Program-made: the position numbers and the translations under genes
Notes under the pieces: model-generated
The model's database searches: none
What the model was told of the DNA's origin: nothing
What the model saw: the letters and a program-made list of their open reading frames with translations, nothing else
In this document: piece by piece, positions 1 to 10,526 of the stretch
Numbering within the stretch: position 1 is the stretch's first letter
How the letters are laid out: the number at the start of each line of letters is the position of its first letter
Assembly: GCA_965661995.1 (NCBI GenBank)
Contig: CBFIFZ010000001.1
Coordinates: 3,987-67,986, forward strand
Direction of reading: 5' to 3'
Source of the DNA: Roseicyclus sp.
GTDB lineage: Bacteria > Pseudomonadota > Alphaproteobacteria > Rhodobacterales > Rhodobacteraceae
Length of the DNA: 64,000 nucleotides

Positions 1-1
1 C

Positions 2-574
2 GCCTCGCGGCTGCAATGCGGGCTGGTCGTGGACCTGCACCCGACCGATTACGAGCTGCGCCTCGGCGTGCTGCAGCACAAGGCCGAGCGCGCGATGGCG
101 CGCAACCCGCAGATCCACATCGCCGAGGGCGTGCTGGAGTTCATGGCGCAGCGCATCTCGACCAATATCCGCGTGGTCGAGGGGGCGCTGACCCGCCTTT
201 TCGCCTTTGCCGACCTGGTGCGGCGCGAAATCACCATCGAGATGGTGCAGGATTGCCTGTCGGACATCCTGCGTTCGACCGACCGCAAGGTGACGCTGGA
301 CCAGATCATCAAGACCACCTGCGACTATTACAACATCCGCCAGGCCGACATCACCGGCTCCAGCCGGGCGCGGGCCGTCGCGCGGCCACGGCAGATGGCT
401 ATGTATCTCTCGAAAACGCTGACCAGTCGCAGCTATCCCGAGATCGCGCGCAAGCTGGGCGGGCGGGATCACACCACCGTCCTTTACGGGGTGCGCAAGA
501 TCGAGGAACTGATGTCTGTCGACAGCCAGATCGCCGAGGATGCAGAGCTTCTGCGCCGGATGCTGGAAGCCTGA
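2..574 (+). CDS. dnaA: Chromosomal replication initiator DnaA, C-terminal part (5' truncated by window)
   Basis: SRLQCGLVVDLHPTDYELRLGVL (AAA+ end) and domain IV 'RPRQMAMYL...GGRDHTTVLYGVRKI'; followed by dnaN. Confidence 0.97.
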   Translation, partial: ASRLQCGLVVDLHPTDYELRLGVLQHKAERAMARNPQIHIAEGVLEFMAQRISTNIRVVEGALTRLFAFADLVRREITIEMVQDCLSDILRSTDRKVTLDQIIKTTCDYYNIRQADITGSSRARAVARPRQMAMYLSKTLTSRSYPEIARKLGGRDHTTVLYGVRKIEELMSVDSQIAEDAELLRRMLEA

Positions 575-711
575 ACGCATGGCCCGCACGCGCAGGCCCC
601 CGCGTGGGGGCTTGACGCCTGCGGCGCGCACGGACACTCCTTGAAAAAACGGTTGTGCTGACGGGGGAGGCGGGTAGGCTCGTGGCCCCCGCACTTGTCG
701 GAGCCAGGGCA

Positions 712-1830
712 ATGAAACTCTCGATCGAGCGCGCCACGTTGTTGCGCGCTGTCTCTCAGGCGCAGTCGGTTGTCGAGCGTCGCAACACCATACCGATCCT
801 CGCCAATGTCCTGATCGAGGCCGAGGGTGACAGCGTCAGCTTCCGCGCCACGGATCTCGATATCGAGGTGGTCGACAAGGCTCCGGCGATGGTCGAGCGG
901 GCGGGCGCGACCACCGTCTCGGCGGTGACCTTGCACGAGATCGTCCGCAAGCTGCCGGACGGCGCGCTGGTGTCGCTGAGCGAGGACAGCGCGCAGGGTC
1001 GCCTGACGGTGCAGGCGGGGCGGTCGAACTTCCAGCTGGCGACGTTGCCCAAGGAAGACTTCCCGGTCATGACCGCGACCGAGTATTCCGCGAACTTCTC
1101 CTGCCCGGCGCCGGTTCTGCGGCGGCTTTTCGACAAGTCGAAATTCGCGATCTCGACCGAAGAGACGCGCTATTACCTGAACGGCGTCTTTTTCCATGTC
1201 GCCGAGGGCGAAACCGGCCCGGTCCTGCGTGCCGTGGCGACAGACGGTCACCGGCTGGCGCGGATCGACGCGGCGCTGCCGCAAGGGGCGGAAAAGATGC
1301 CGGGCGTGATCGTGCCGCGCAAGACCGTGGGCGAGATGCGCAAACTGCTGGATGACGACGAGGCGCAGATCGCGGTTTCCGTCAGCGAGACGAAGATCCG
1401 CTTCGCCACGCCCGAGATCACGCTGACCTCCAAGGTCATCGACGGGACCTTTCCCGATTACGCGCGTGTCATCCCGACGAACAACACCCGCCGGATGGAG
1501 GTCGATGCCTCTGATTTCGCCAAGGCGGTGGACCGCGTGGCGACGGTCAGTTCCGAACGCTCGCGCGCCGTGAAACTGGCGCTCGACGAGGATCGGTTGA
1601 TCCTGTCGGTGAACGCGCCCGATGCGGGCAACGCGGAGGAGGAACTGGCCGTGGCCTATGCCGACGAGCGGCTCGAGATCGGCTTCAACGCGAAATACCT
1701 GCTCGAGATCGCCAGCCAGGTGGACCGCGAGAACGCGGTCTTCATGTTCTCCTCGCCCGGCGAGCCGACGCTGATGCGCGAAGGCAACGACACGACCGCG
1801 ATCTATGTCGTGATGCCGATGCGGGTGTGA
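712..1830 (+). CDS. dnaN: DNA polymerase III beta clamp
   Basis: MKLSIERATLL...VERRNTIPILANV, ATDGHRLA, C-terminal VVMPMRV; GGAG upstream of ATG 712. Confidence 0.98.
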   Translation: MKLSIERATLLRAVSQAQSVVERRNTIPILANVLIEAEGDSVSFRATDLDIEVVDKAPAMVERAGATTVSAVTLHEIVRKLPDGALVSLSEDSAQGRLTVQAGRSNFQLATLPKEDFPVMTATEYSANFSCPAPVLRRLFDKSKFAISTEETRYYLNGVFFHVAEGETGPVLRAVATDGHRLARIDAALPQGAEKMPGVIVPRKTVGEMRKLLDDDEAQIAVSVSETKIRFATPEITLTSKVIDGTFPDYARVIPTNNTRRMEVDASDFAKAVDRVATVSSERSRAVKLALDEDRLILSVNAPDAGNAEEELAVAYADERLEIGFNAKYLLEIASQVDRENAVFMFSSPGEPTLMREGNDTTAIYVVMPMRV

Positions 1831-1835
1831 GGGCG

Positions 1836-1901
1836 CGGAAAACACGTGTTTTCCGGGTGGGAAAACTGCAGTTTTCCCCGCCGTTTTCCTGCAGGAAAAC
1901 G
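1836..1901. repeat. Three tandem perfect 20-bp palindromes at a 23-bp period
   Basis: cggaaaacacgtgttttccg (1836-1855), gggaaaactgcagttttccc (1859-1878), cgttttcctgcaggaaaacg (1882-1901). Confidence 0.9.
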
Positions 1902-1906
1902 CGACC

Positions 1907-2998
1907 ATGACCCCCCATGTCGCAAGCCTGACCCTGTCGCATTTCCGCAGCCACCGCCGCGCGCGGCTGTCGCTCGACGGGCGGCCCGTGGCGCTGCACG
2001 GCCCCAACGGGGCGGGCAAGACCAACCTGATGGAGGCCGTCTCACTCCTGTCGCCCGGCCGCGGGCTCAGGCGTGCAACGGCAGAGGAGATTATCCGCCG
2101 CCCCGAGGCGATCGGCTGGAAGATCACCGCCGAGGTGGCGGGCCCCGGCCTTGGCCACGAGGTCGAGCTGACCGCCGAGCCGGGCCAGCCCCGCACGACC
2201 CGGATCGACGGCAAGACCGCGCCGCAAACCGCGCTGGCGCGGCTGCTCCGCATCGTCTGGCTTGTGCCCGCGCAGGATCGGCTCTGGATCGAGGGGGCAG
2301 ATGGGCGCAGGCGGTTCCTCGACCGGATCGCGCTCAGCTTCCTGCCCGATCATGCCGAGGCCGCCCTGGCCTATGAAAAGGCGATGCGCGAGCGCAACCG
2401 GCTGTTGAAGGACCAGGTGACGGACGCGCGCTGGTATACCGCGCTCGAGGCGCAGATGGCCGAGGCCGGTGCCGCAATCACCGCCAACCGCCGCGACGCC
2501 ATCGCGCGGATCGCCGCCGCGCAGGAGGGGGCGGCGACGGCCTTTCCCGCCGCCGCGCTGGTGCTGGAAACCGACGAGCTGACCACGCCCGGCGATTACG
2601 CCACCGCCTTCGCCGAGAGCCGGGGGCGCGACATGGCCGCGGGGCGCACCCTAGTGGGGCCGCACCGTGCCGATCTGCAGGCGACCTATGTCGACAAGGA
2701 GATGCCTGCCGCGCAATGCTCGACGGGTGAGCAGAAGGCGCTCCTGATCTCGCTGGTTCTGGCCAATGCCCGCGCGCTCAAGGCGGAAACGGGCGCCGCG
2801 CCGCTGGTGCTGCTGGACGAGGTGGCGGCGCATCTGGATGCGGGCCGCCGGGCGGCGCTTTTCGACGAGATCTGCGCGCTTGGGGCGCAGGCTTGGATGA
2901 CCGGGACGGGGCCGGAACTTTTCGTGGAACTGGGCACGCGGGCGCAGTATGTGGCGGTCGCCGACCACGGCGGGGCCAGCGAGGCCCGTATCGCCTAG
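1907..2998 (+). CDS. recF: DNA replication/repair protein RecF
   Basis: Walker A GPNGAGKTN, RRRFLDR, GPHRADL, STGEQK, LLDEVAAHLD; dnaN-recF-gyrB synteny. Confidence 0.97.
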   Translation: MTPHVASLTLSHFRSHRRARLSLDGRPVALHGPNGAGKTNLMEAVSLLSPGRGLRRATAEEIIRRPEAIGWKITAEVAGPGLGHEVELTAEPGQPRTTRIDGKTAPQTALARLLRIVWLVPAQDRLWIEGADGRRRFLDRIALSFLPDHAEAALAYEKAMRERNRLLKDQVTDARWYTALEAQMAEAGAAITANRRDAIARIAAAQEGAATAFPAAALVLETDELTTPGDYATAFAESRGRDMAAGRTLVGPHRADLQATYVDKEMPAAQCSTGEQKALLISLVLANARALKAETGAAPLVLLDEVAAHLDAGRRAALFDEICALGAQAWMTGTGPELFVELGTRAQYVAVADHGGASEARIA

Positions 2999-3010
2999 CC
3001 AAGTGCCCCG

Positions 3011-3631
3011 ATGACCGTCACCTTCGAACAGCTTGCCCTTTACGGCGCCGCCATGGCGGGGCTTTGGGTCATTCCCGGCCCCGTCTGGGTCGCGCTGACC
3101 GCCCGCGCGCTTTCCGGTGGCATGGCGGGGGCCTGGCCGCTGGCCGTGGGAGTGGCGCTCGGCGATCTGATCTGGCCCCTCTGCGCGATCCTCGGCCTTG
3201 CCTGGGTCCTGTCGCTTTACGGCGATGCGCTGGCGGTGATGCGCTGGATCGCGGCGGGGGTGTTCATCGTCATGGGCCTTTTGCTGTTCCGCGCGCCCGC
3301 GAAGACGCCCGGCACCGACAGCCGGATGACGCGGCCGGGGCTCTGGGCGGGGTTCTCGGTCGGCGTGGCCGCCGTGATCGGCAACCCCAAGGCCATCCTG
3401 TTCTACATGGGCTTTCTGCCCGGGTTCTTCGACCTGACCCGGATCACCACGCCCGACATCGTCGCCATCCTCGCCATTTCCGCGGTCGTGCCGCTCTTGG
3501 GAAACCTCGGGCTTGCGCTGTTCCTCGACCGGGCGCGGCGGCTTCTGCAGAGCCCCGCGGCGATCCGAAGGCTCAACATCTCCTCCGGTGTGCTGCTGAT
3601 CGGGGTGGGGCTTGCCATCCCCTTTGTCTGA
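3011..3631 (+). CDS. LysE/RhtB family translocator
   Basis: IPGP and GNPKAILFY motifs, about 6 hydrophobic segments. Confidence 0.9.
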   Translation: MTVTFEQLALYGAAMAGLWVIPGPVWVALTARALSGGMAGAWPLAVGVALGDLIWPLCAILGLAWVLSLYGDALAVMRWIAAGVFIVMGLLLFRAPAKTPGTDSRMTRPGLWAGFSVGVAAVIGNPKAILFYMGFLPGFFDLTRITTPDIVAILAISAVVPLLGNLGLALFLDRARRLLQSPAAIRRLNISSGVLLIGVGLAIPFV

Positions 3632-3688
3632 GGGCGCAAGGGGTTCGGGGTCCGCTCCGGTTGAACGCCTAAATCTTGTGTCTGTGAC

Positions 3689-6164
<2,476 letters not shown>

Positions 6165-6180
6165 TCCGGTCTGTGGCGAC

Positions 6181-6214
6181 TCGGCCCCCCCGCGGGGCCG
6201 ACCCCCCCCCCCCC
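6181..6214. other. GC hairpin followed by a C13 homopolymer
   Basis: tcggcccc-cccgc-ggggccga (6181-6201), then 13 C at 6202-6214. Confidence 0.7.
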
Positions 6215-6556
6215 GCGCCTCGGTTTCGTCGCTGTAACGGATCGGGTGCCCCCAACGGGCGCCCGCTGTCCGATAACATCGGACCATGCCACGATGCCCC
6301 GCCTGTCAGAGGCGCGGGCAGCCCATGGCGCGACCTGACCCGAGATCCTGGAAAAATCTATCCTCTACAGCAGGTTACGCAACTGTCATCGGATAACGAT
6401 GGCCAGTCATCGCCTTTCTTTCCGGTGAAATTGCCTGACATCGGCGGCTGAGGCCAAGGTCTGGTCATCGGCTCACGGGGCGCACCGCCCAGACGGGCCG
6501 CACACCAGAACGAACACGCAAACCCTCGCAAGACACCTGCAAGAAGGACCACCAAG

Positions 6557-6994
6557 ATGACCATCTCGATCCTCAAGACCGCAGCCGCTTCTCTCGCCCT
6601 CGTCACCGCGCTGTCGGCGCCGGCGCTGGCCACCTGCAACACCGCCTACACCGAGCAGTGGGGCGGCGGGAACGGCATCGCCATTGGGCAAAGCGGCTTC
6701 TGCAACGGCGCCTCCGTCATTCAGGACGGCTGGGGCAACACCACGATCTCGTCCACCGACGGCGCGTTCAACACCACCGCGATCGGCCAGTCGGGCTGGC
6801 ACAACCGCGTCGTGTCCAACCAGACCGGCTGGAACAACGCGAACGGTGTCGCGCAGTTCGGCGCGAACAACTCGGCCGAGGTTTCGACCCATGGCGCGAA
6901 CAACGCAGTCGGCGTGATCCAGGTCGGCAACGGCAACACCGCGACGGCCTACTCCTCGGGCAACGGCAACGTCACCCTGATCATCCAGGACTGA
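6557..6994 (+). CDS. Curlin-repeat protein (CsgA-like amyloid subunit)
   Basis: Sec signal ending APALA, then 11 consecutive 11-aa units N-x5-(Q/T/S)-x-G-x2 (e.g. NGIAIGQSGFC, NANGVAQFGAN, NAVGVIQVGNG). Confidence 0.85.
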   Translation: MTISILKTAAASLALVTALSAPALATCNTAYTEQWGGGNGIAIGQSGFCNGASVIQDGWGNTTISSTDGAFNTTAIGQSGWHNRVVSNQTGWNNANGVAQFGANNSAEVSTHGANNAVGVIQVGNGNTATAYSSGNGNVTLIIQD

Positions 6995-7076
6995 CCGGAA
7001 CCGGTCGCGCACCCGGGGGCGGGTCTTCCTCCTCTCGCCCGCCTCCGGCCTCACCGCCAACCGAAAGGATCATCCG

Positions 7077-7448
7077 ATGCTCTTCACCGCTCCCAAGATC
7101 GCCCTCGCCACCGGCCTCGCGGCCTTCGCGCTGGGATGCACCGCCCTTGCCGACCAGGCAGGCACCCTCGACACCGGCCTCCTGAGTTGCTCGGTCGATG
7201 TCACCAGCCGTGGCGCGATGCTCACGCTGGAGGGCGTCGTCACCAGCGACACCGCGCTCGGCGGCGAGTACCACCTGCGGGTCGAACGCCGCGGCACCCT
7301 GATGAACCAGGGCGGACCGTTCCGCGTGACCCCCGGTACCCCGGCGCGCGTGGGTCAGGTCACGCTCAACGGACCTGCCAGCGGCCTCGACGTCGAGTTG
7401 ACGCTGGAGGTCGACGGCAAGACCTATCGCTGCCCGGTCGATCTCTGA
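7077..7448 (+). CDS. csgH: CsgH-like curli chaperone/amyloid inhibitor
   Basis: Signal peptide, about 100-aa beta-rich mature domain with Cys near each end (LSCSV...YRCP), 'GEYHLRVER..MNQGGPF'; lies between two curlin genes. Confidence 0.7.
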   Translation: MLFTAPKIALATGLAAFALGCTALADQAGTLDTGLLSCSVDVTSRGAMLTLEGVVTSDTALGGEYHLRVERRGTLMNQGGPFRVTPGTPARVGQVTLNGPASGLDVELTLEVDGKTYRCPVDL

Positions 7449-7496
7449 CCGGACAGCGACCCAATCCACACCCCCCATCCCGAAAGGATCACTGCC

Positions 7497-7895
7497 ATGT
7501 TCCGCAAGACGCTTCTCACGGCCGCCCTCGTCGCCGCCACCGCCCTTCCCGCCGCTGCCGGCGGCACCCTGAGCCTGAGCTTGAACGCCGCCAATCCCGA
7601 CGAGGCGCGGGCAATCCGCGCGGGCCTCGCGCTTTACCAGATCGCGCGGGGTGTCGAGAGCGGCGCCTTCGTCCACCAGGACGGCTCGTTCAACGGCGCA
7701 GCCATCGCGCAGGTCGCCGGTGGCGGTTCGGTCGGCATCATCCACCAGGAGGGCAACGGCCATGCCGCGACGCTCGATCAGCAGGGCTACGGCCAGTCGC
7801 ATGGCATCTTCCAGTTCGGCAACGGCGCCCGCGCCAATGTTGTCCAGACCGGTCACGGCCAGACAGGCCTGACCTTCCAGTTCGGCTTCGACTGA
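7497..7895 (+). CDS. Curlin-associated protein (CsgB-like minor/nucleator subunit)
   Basis: Signal peptide; C-terminal Q-x-G repeats at about 11-aa spacing (HQDGSFN, HQEGNGH, DQQGYGQ, FQFGNGA, VQTGHGQ, FQFG). Confidence 0.75.
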   Translation: MFRKTLLTAALVAATALPAAAGGTLSLSLNAANPDEARAIRAGLALYQIARGVESGAFVHQDGSFNGAAIAQVAGGGSVGIIHQEGNGHAATLDQQGYGQSHGIFQFGNGARANVVQTGHGQTGLTFQFGFD

Positions 7896-7979
7896 TCCCC
7901 GTCGAAGACCGGAACGGACGCCCGGTCAATTTTCACTGGTCCCAACCCGGCCGGGCGTCCGACCCCGTTCCCGCACTTG

Positions 7980-8009
7980 CCCCCGGTTCACCGCCGGGGG
8001 TCTTTTTTT
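7980..8009 (+). terminator. Rho-independent terminator after the curlin operon
   Basis: cccccgg-ttcaccg-ccggggg followed by tctttttt. Confidence 0.75.
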
Positions 8010-8754
8010 AGCCCAGGGCCCTCAACGCGGCCCCGGTCGCGTCGTCCATCGGAAAGAACAGCTCGATCCGGAGATCCTCGAGCATCAGGTCTTCCGGGGT
8101 GCCGAACTGTGCCAGCGTCGAGAACAGCGACAGCCGGGTGTCCCCGAGGCGCAGGGTCACCGGAACCACCGGGCGGGTGGAATGGCCACGCGGGGACGGC
8201 ACCTGCGCCAGGTGCGCGGCGGCGGCATCGAGGCGGGGCACCCCGCCGCGCGCGGCGCTTTCCAGCCGCAGCCGCGTGGCCGTGTGGTGGGCGACCTCGG
8301 GCCAGTTCTCGACCAGCGCGGGCAGAGTGTCCGACAGCATCAGGTCGAGAAAGCTGCCGCCTTCGGACAGGCCCAGCCGTCCGAACAGCGCCGCCGCCGC
8401 CGGGTTCAGCCGCAGCACCGTCCAATCGGCATCCACGGCGAGGCCCGGAAAGGGCGCGTGGCCCGCCAGCATCCGGTCGACCGCGTGGCGGATCGGCGAC
8501 ATCTCGGCGTCGTTCCAGTCGCGCGATGCATAGGCGGCGGCAAAGCCCGCGCGCGTCAGCATCTGGTTGCGCGCGTCGAGCGGCAGGGCCATCGCCGCGC
8601 CGAGGCGCCCGATCATCTCGGCGCTGGGGCGCGCGCGCCCGGTTTCGAGGAACGAGATATGCCGTGCCGACACCCCGGCCTCCAGCGCGAGGTCGAGCTG
8701 CGACAGGCGGCGGGCTTGTCTCCAGAAGCGGAGCGTATCGGAAAATTGGCTCAT
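8008..8754 (-). CDS. XRE-family HTH regulator with MmyB-like ligand-binding domain
   Basis: LRFWRQARRLSQLDLALEAGVSARHISFLETGR; C-terminal LFSTLAQFGTPEDL..LRIELFFP. Confidence 0.88.
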   Translation of the reverse strand: MSQFSDTLRFWRQARRLSQLDLALEAGVSARHISFLETGRARPSAEMIGRLGAAMALPLDARNQMLTRAGFAAAYASRDWNDAEMSPIRHAVDRMLAGHAPFPGLAVDADWTVLRLNPAAAALFGRLGLSEGGSFLDLMLSDTLPALVENWPEVAHHTATRLRLESAARGGVPRLDAAAAHLAQVPSPRGHSTRPVVPVTLRLGDTRLSLFSTLAQFGTPEDLMLEDLRIELFFPMDDATGAALRALG

Positions 8755-8867
8755 GTTCGCATTTTATCACGCCCGCAGGGCCGCGTCGCTTACCCGCAAG
8801 GTAATTGCGGCGATGACCTGCGCCGGGCGAGGAGGGGCCTGCACATCGCTGGAAAAGGAACCCGGAC

Positions 8868-9287
8868 ATGACCCTTAAAACCCAGAAACGCTGGCTGCGC
8901 GTGAGCGCCCTGGTGATCGGCGGTTTCGCGCCCTTCCTGCTTCTGGCGACCATCCCCGCCACGGCAGGCCCGGCCGAGTGGGTGATCGACCTTCTGGGCC
9001 TGCCGCTGGACGGAACGGTCAGCCTCGCCTCGCCCGAGGCGCGCTTTCTCTGCGGCTTGATGGCAGGGTTCCTCGCGGGATGGGGGGCGACGGTGTGGCT
9101 TCTGTCCGGTACGCCCTTCGATGCCGCGCCCGAGGCCGTGCGCCGCGCGGTGGTCGGCGGGGCGCTCCTTTGGTTCGTGGTCGACAGCACGGGCTCGATC
9201 CTGTCCGGCCACGCCTCGAACGCGGTCTTCAACATCGCCGTGCTGGCCCTGGCCGTCGGCCCCTTGTGGCGCCGCGCCGATGCCTAG
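8868..9287 (+). CDS. Hypothetical membrane protein
   Basis: 139 aa, four hydrophobic segments, WFVVDS motif; divergent from the regulator. Confidence 0.75.
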   Translation: MTLKTQKRWLRVSALVIGGFAPFLLLATIPATAGPAEWVIDLLGLPLDGTVSLASPEARFLCGLMAGFLAGWGATVWLLSGTPFDAAPEAVRRAVVGGALLWFVVDSTGSILSGHASNAVFNIAVLALAVGPLWRRADA

Positions 9288-9290
9288 GGT

Positions 9291-9857
9291 CTAGCCCAGC
9301 CCGCCCGGCCCGTCGCGCAGGATGACCGGAACGATCAGGTCTTCCTCGTCGGTCAGGTGGCGGTCGATCAGCCGCTCGAGGCTGCTCAGCCCTTCGCGCA
9401 GCGCGCCCGCCCCGGTCTTGGGGTCCGGCCCAGCCGCGCCCCGGATCGCGCCGTTCGCCTGGTCGACGAAACGGGCAAGGATGCCGTCGAGCGCGTGGTG
9501 ATCCGCATCCAGCAGGTCGAAACCGCGCGTGATCCGCGCGTCGCGCTCGCGCAGGATCGGGAAGTAATGGTGATCCTCGATCTGGTGGTGCCCGTGAAGC
9601 TGGTTCACGAACAGGCCGCCATAGCGCCCGATCCCCTGCGCGAACCCCTGCGGGTCGCGGTTGCCGTCGAGAAACCCCTCGGTCTCGCGGGTCATGCGAT
9701 CCATCAGCTGACGGAACATCATGTGGCGCTCGAGCCAGAAACTGACGAGGCCGTGAAACTGCGGATGCGCCGCCCAGCCGTCGCGGGGATACTCCGCAAG
9801 GAGCACGCGAAGCGCCTCGGGCAGGCCTGTGCGGGTGTCGAGGGAAAGATCTGTCAT
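9291..9857 (-). CDS. Hemerythrin/HHE domain protein
   Basis: LERH, LHGHHQIEDHHYFP, DADHH, RHLTDEEDLIVP. Confidence 0.85.
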   Translation of the reverse strand: MTDLSLDTRTGLPEALRVLLAEYPRDGWAAHPQFHGLVSFWLERHMMFRQLMDRMTRETEGFLDGNRDPQGFAQGIGRYGGLFVNQLHGHHQIEDHHYFPILRERDARITRGFDLLDADHHALDGILARFVDQANGAIRGAAGPDPKTGAGALREGLSSLERLIDRHLTDEEDLIVPVILRDGPGGLG

Positions 9858-9914
9858 CCCGTCAGAGCTAGCCCCGGCGGACGCCAGGGACAATCCCAAA
9901 CGGTGAAGCCCCGC

Positions 9915-10526
9915 TCAGCCGAGGCCGCGCAGCGCCTGGATGGTGGCGTCGATCGAGCCGCCGTTGCGGTCCATGATCGACCCGACCTCGGAGCGTTCCG
10001 AGATCACCAGCGACACGCCCTCGATCAGCATGTCGATGAAGAGCGGGCGGCCCGAGCGGTCCCACACGCGGAAGCGCACCTCGAACGGCGCGCGGCCGGG
10101 GATGCGCACGTTCGAGATGACCTCGACGAATCGGCCGTTGTCCTGCGCGCCCTCCACCGCGACGGTCCCGCCGATGAACTCGCGGAAGCGGCGGCCGTAC
10201 TTGCGCGCCATGTAGCCCTGGAACGCGTCGGAAAAGGCCGAAAGCTGCGCCCGGCTGGCGGTGCGCGCGGGCGGGCCGAGCACCGATTGCGCGATCGTGG
10301 GCATGTCGCCGTACCGCCCCATCAGCCGGTTGAAATCACCGATCATGGAGGCTTCGGACTGGCCCGAGTTGATGATCCGCGTGATCTCGGCGGCGACCTG
10401 GTCGACAAGGCCGGAGGCCTGGCTGGTGGTCAGGGCCGCCGCGGCGCGCGGCAGGAATGGCAGCGTCAGCCCGACAATGGCGGCTGACAGGATGGCACGG
10501 CGGGTGGGTCGGATATCAGGGCGCAT
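9915..10526 (-). CDS. mlaC: Phospholipid-binding protein MlaC/Ttg2D
   Basis: Tat-like RR signal (TRRAIL), 'FIDMLIEGVSLVISERSE', downstream of mlaA. Confidence 0.88.
   Translation of the reverse strand: MRPDIRPTRRAILSAAIVGLTLPFLPRAAAALTTSQASGLVDQVAAEITRIINSGQSEASMIGDFNRLMGRYGDMPTIAQSVLGPPARTASRAQLSAFSDAFQGYMARKYGRRFREFIGGTVAVEGAQDNGRFVEVISNVRIPGRAPFEVRFRVWDRSGRPLFIDMLIEGVSLVISERSEVGSIMDRNGGSIDATIQALRGLG

Noticed and set aside
1-711. Possible oriC at dnaA-dnaN
   Set aside because: No TTATCCACA-type boxes or AT-rich unwinding element seen in the 137-bp spacer.
1836-1901. Palindrome trio as a CRISPR array or parS
   Set aside because: Only 3-bp gaps (no spacers), no cas genes, and no match to parS TGTTTCACGTGAAACA.
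6173-6451. 92-aa ORF upstream of the curlin genes as a csgF/csgE remnant
   Set aside because: Pro/Arg-rich, GTG start, runs through the C13 tract, no signal peptide or similarity.
6480-6556. c-di-GMP riboswitch in the curlin leader
   Set aside because: Repeated GCAA is present, but I could not build the GEMM two-stem structure.
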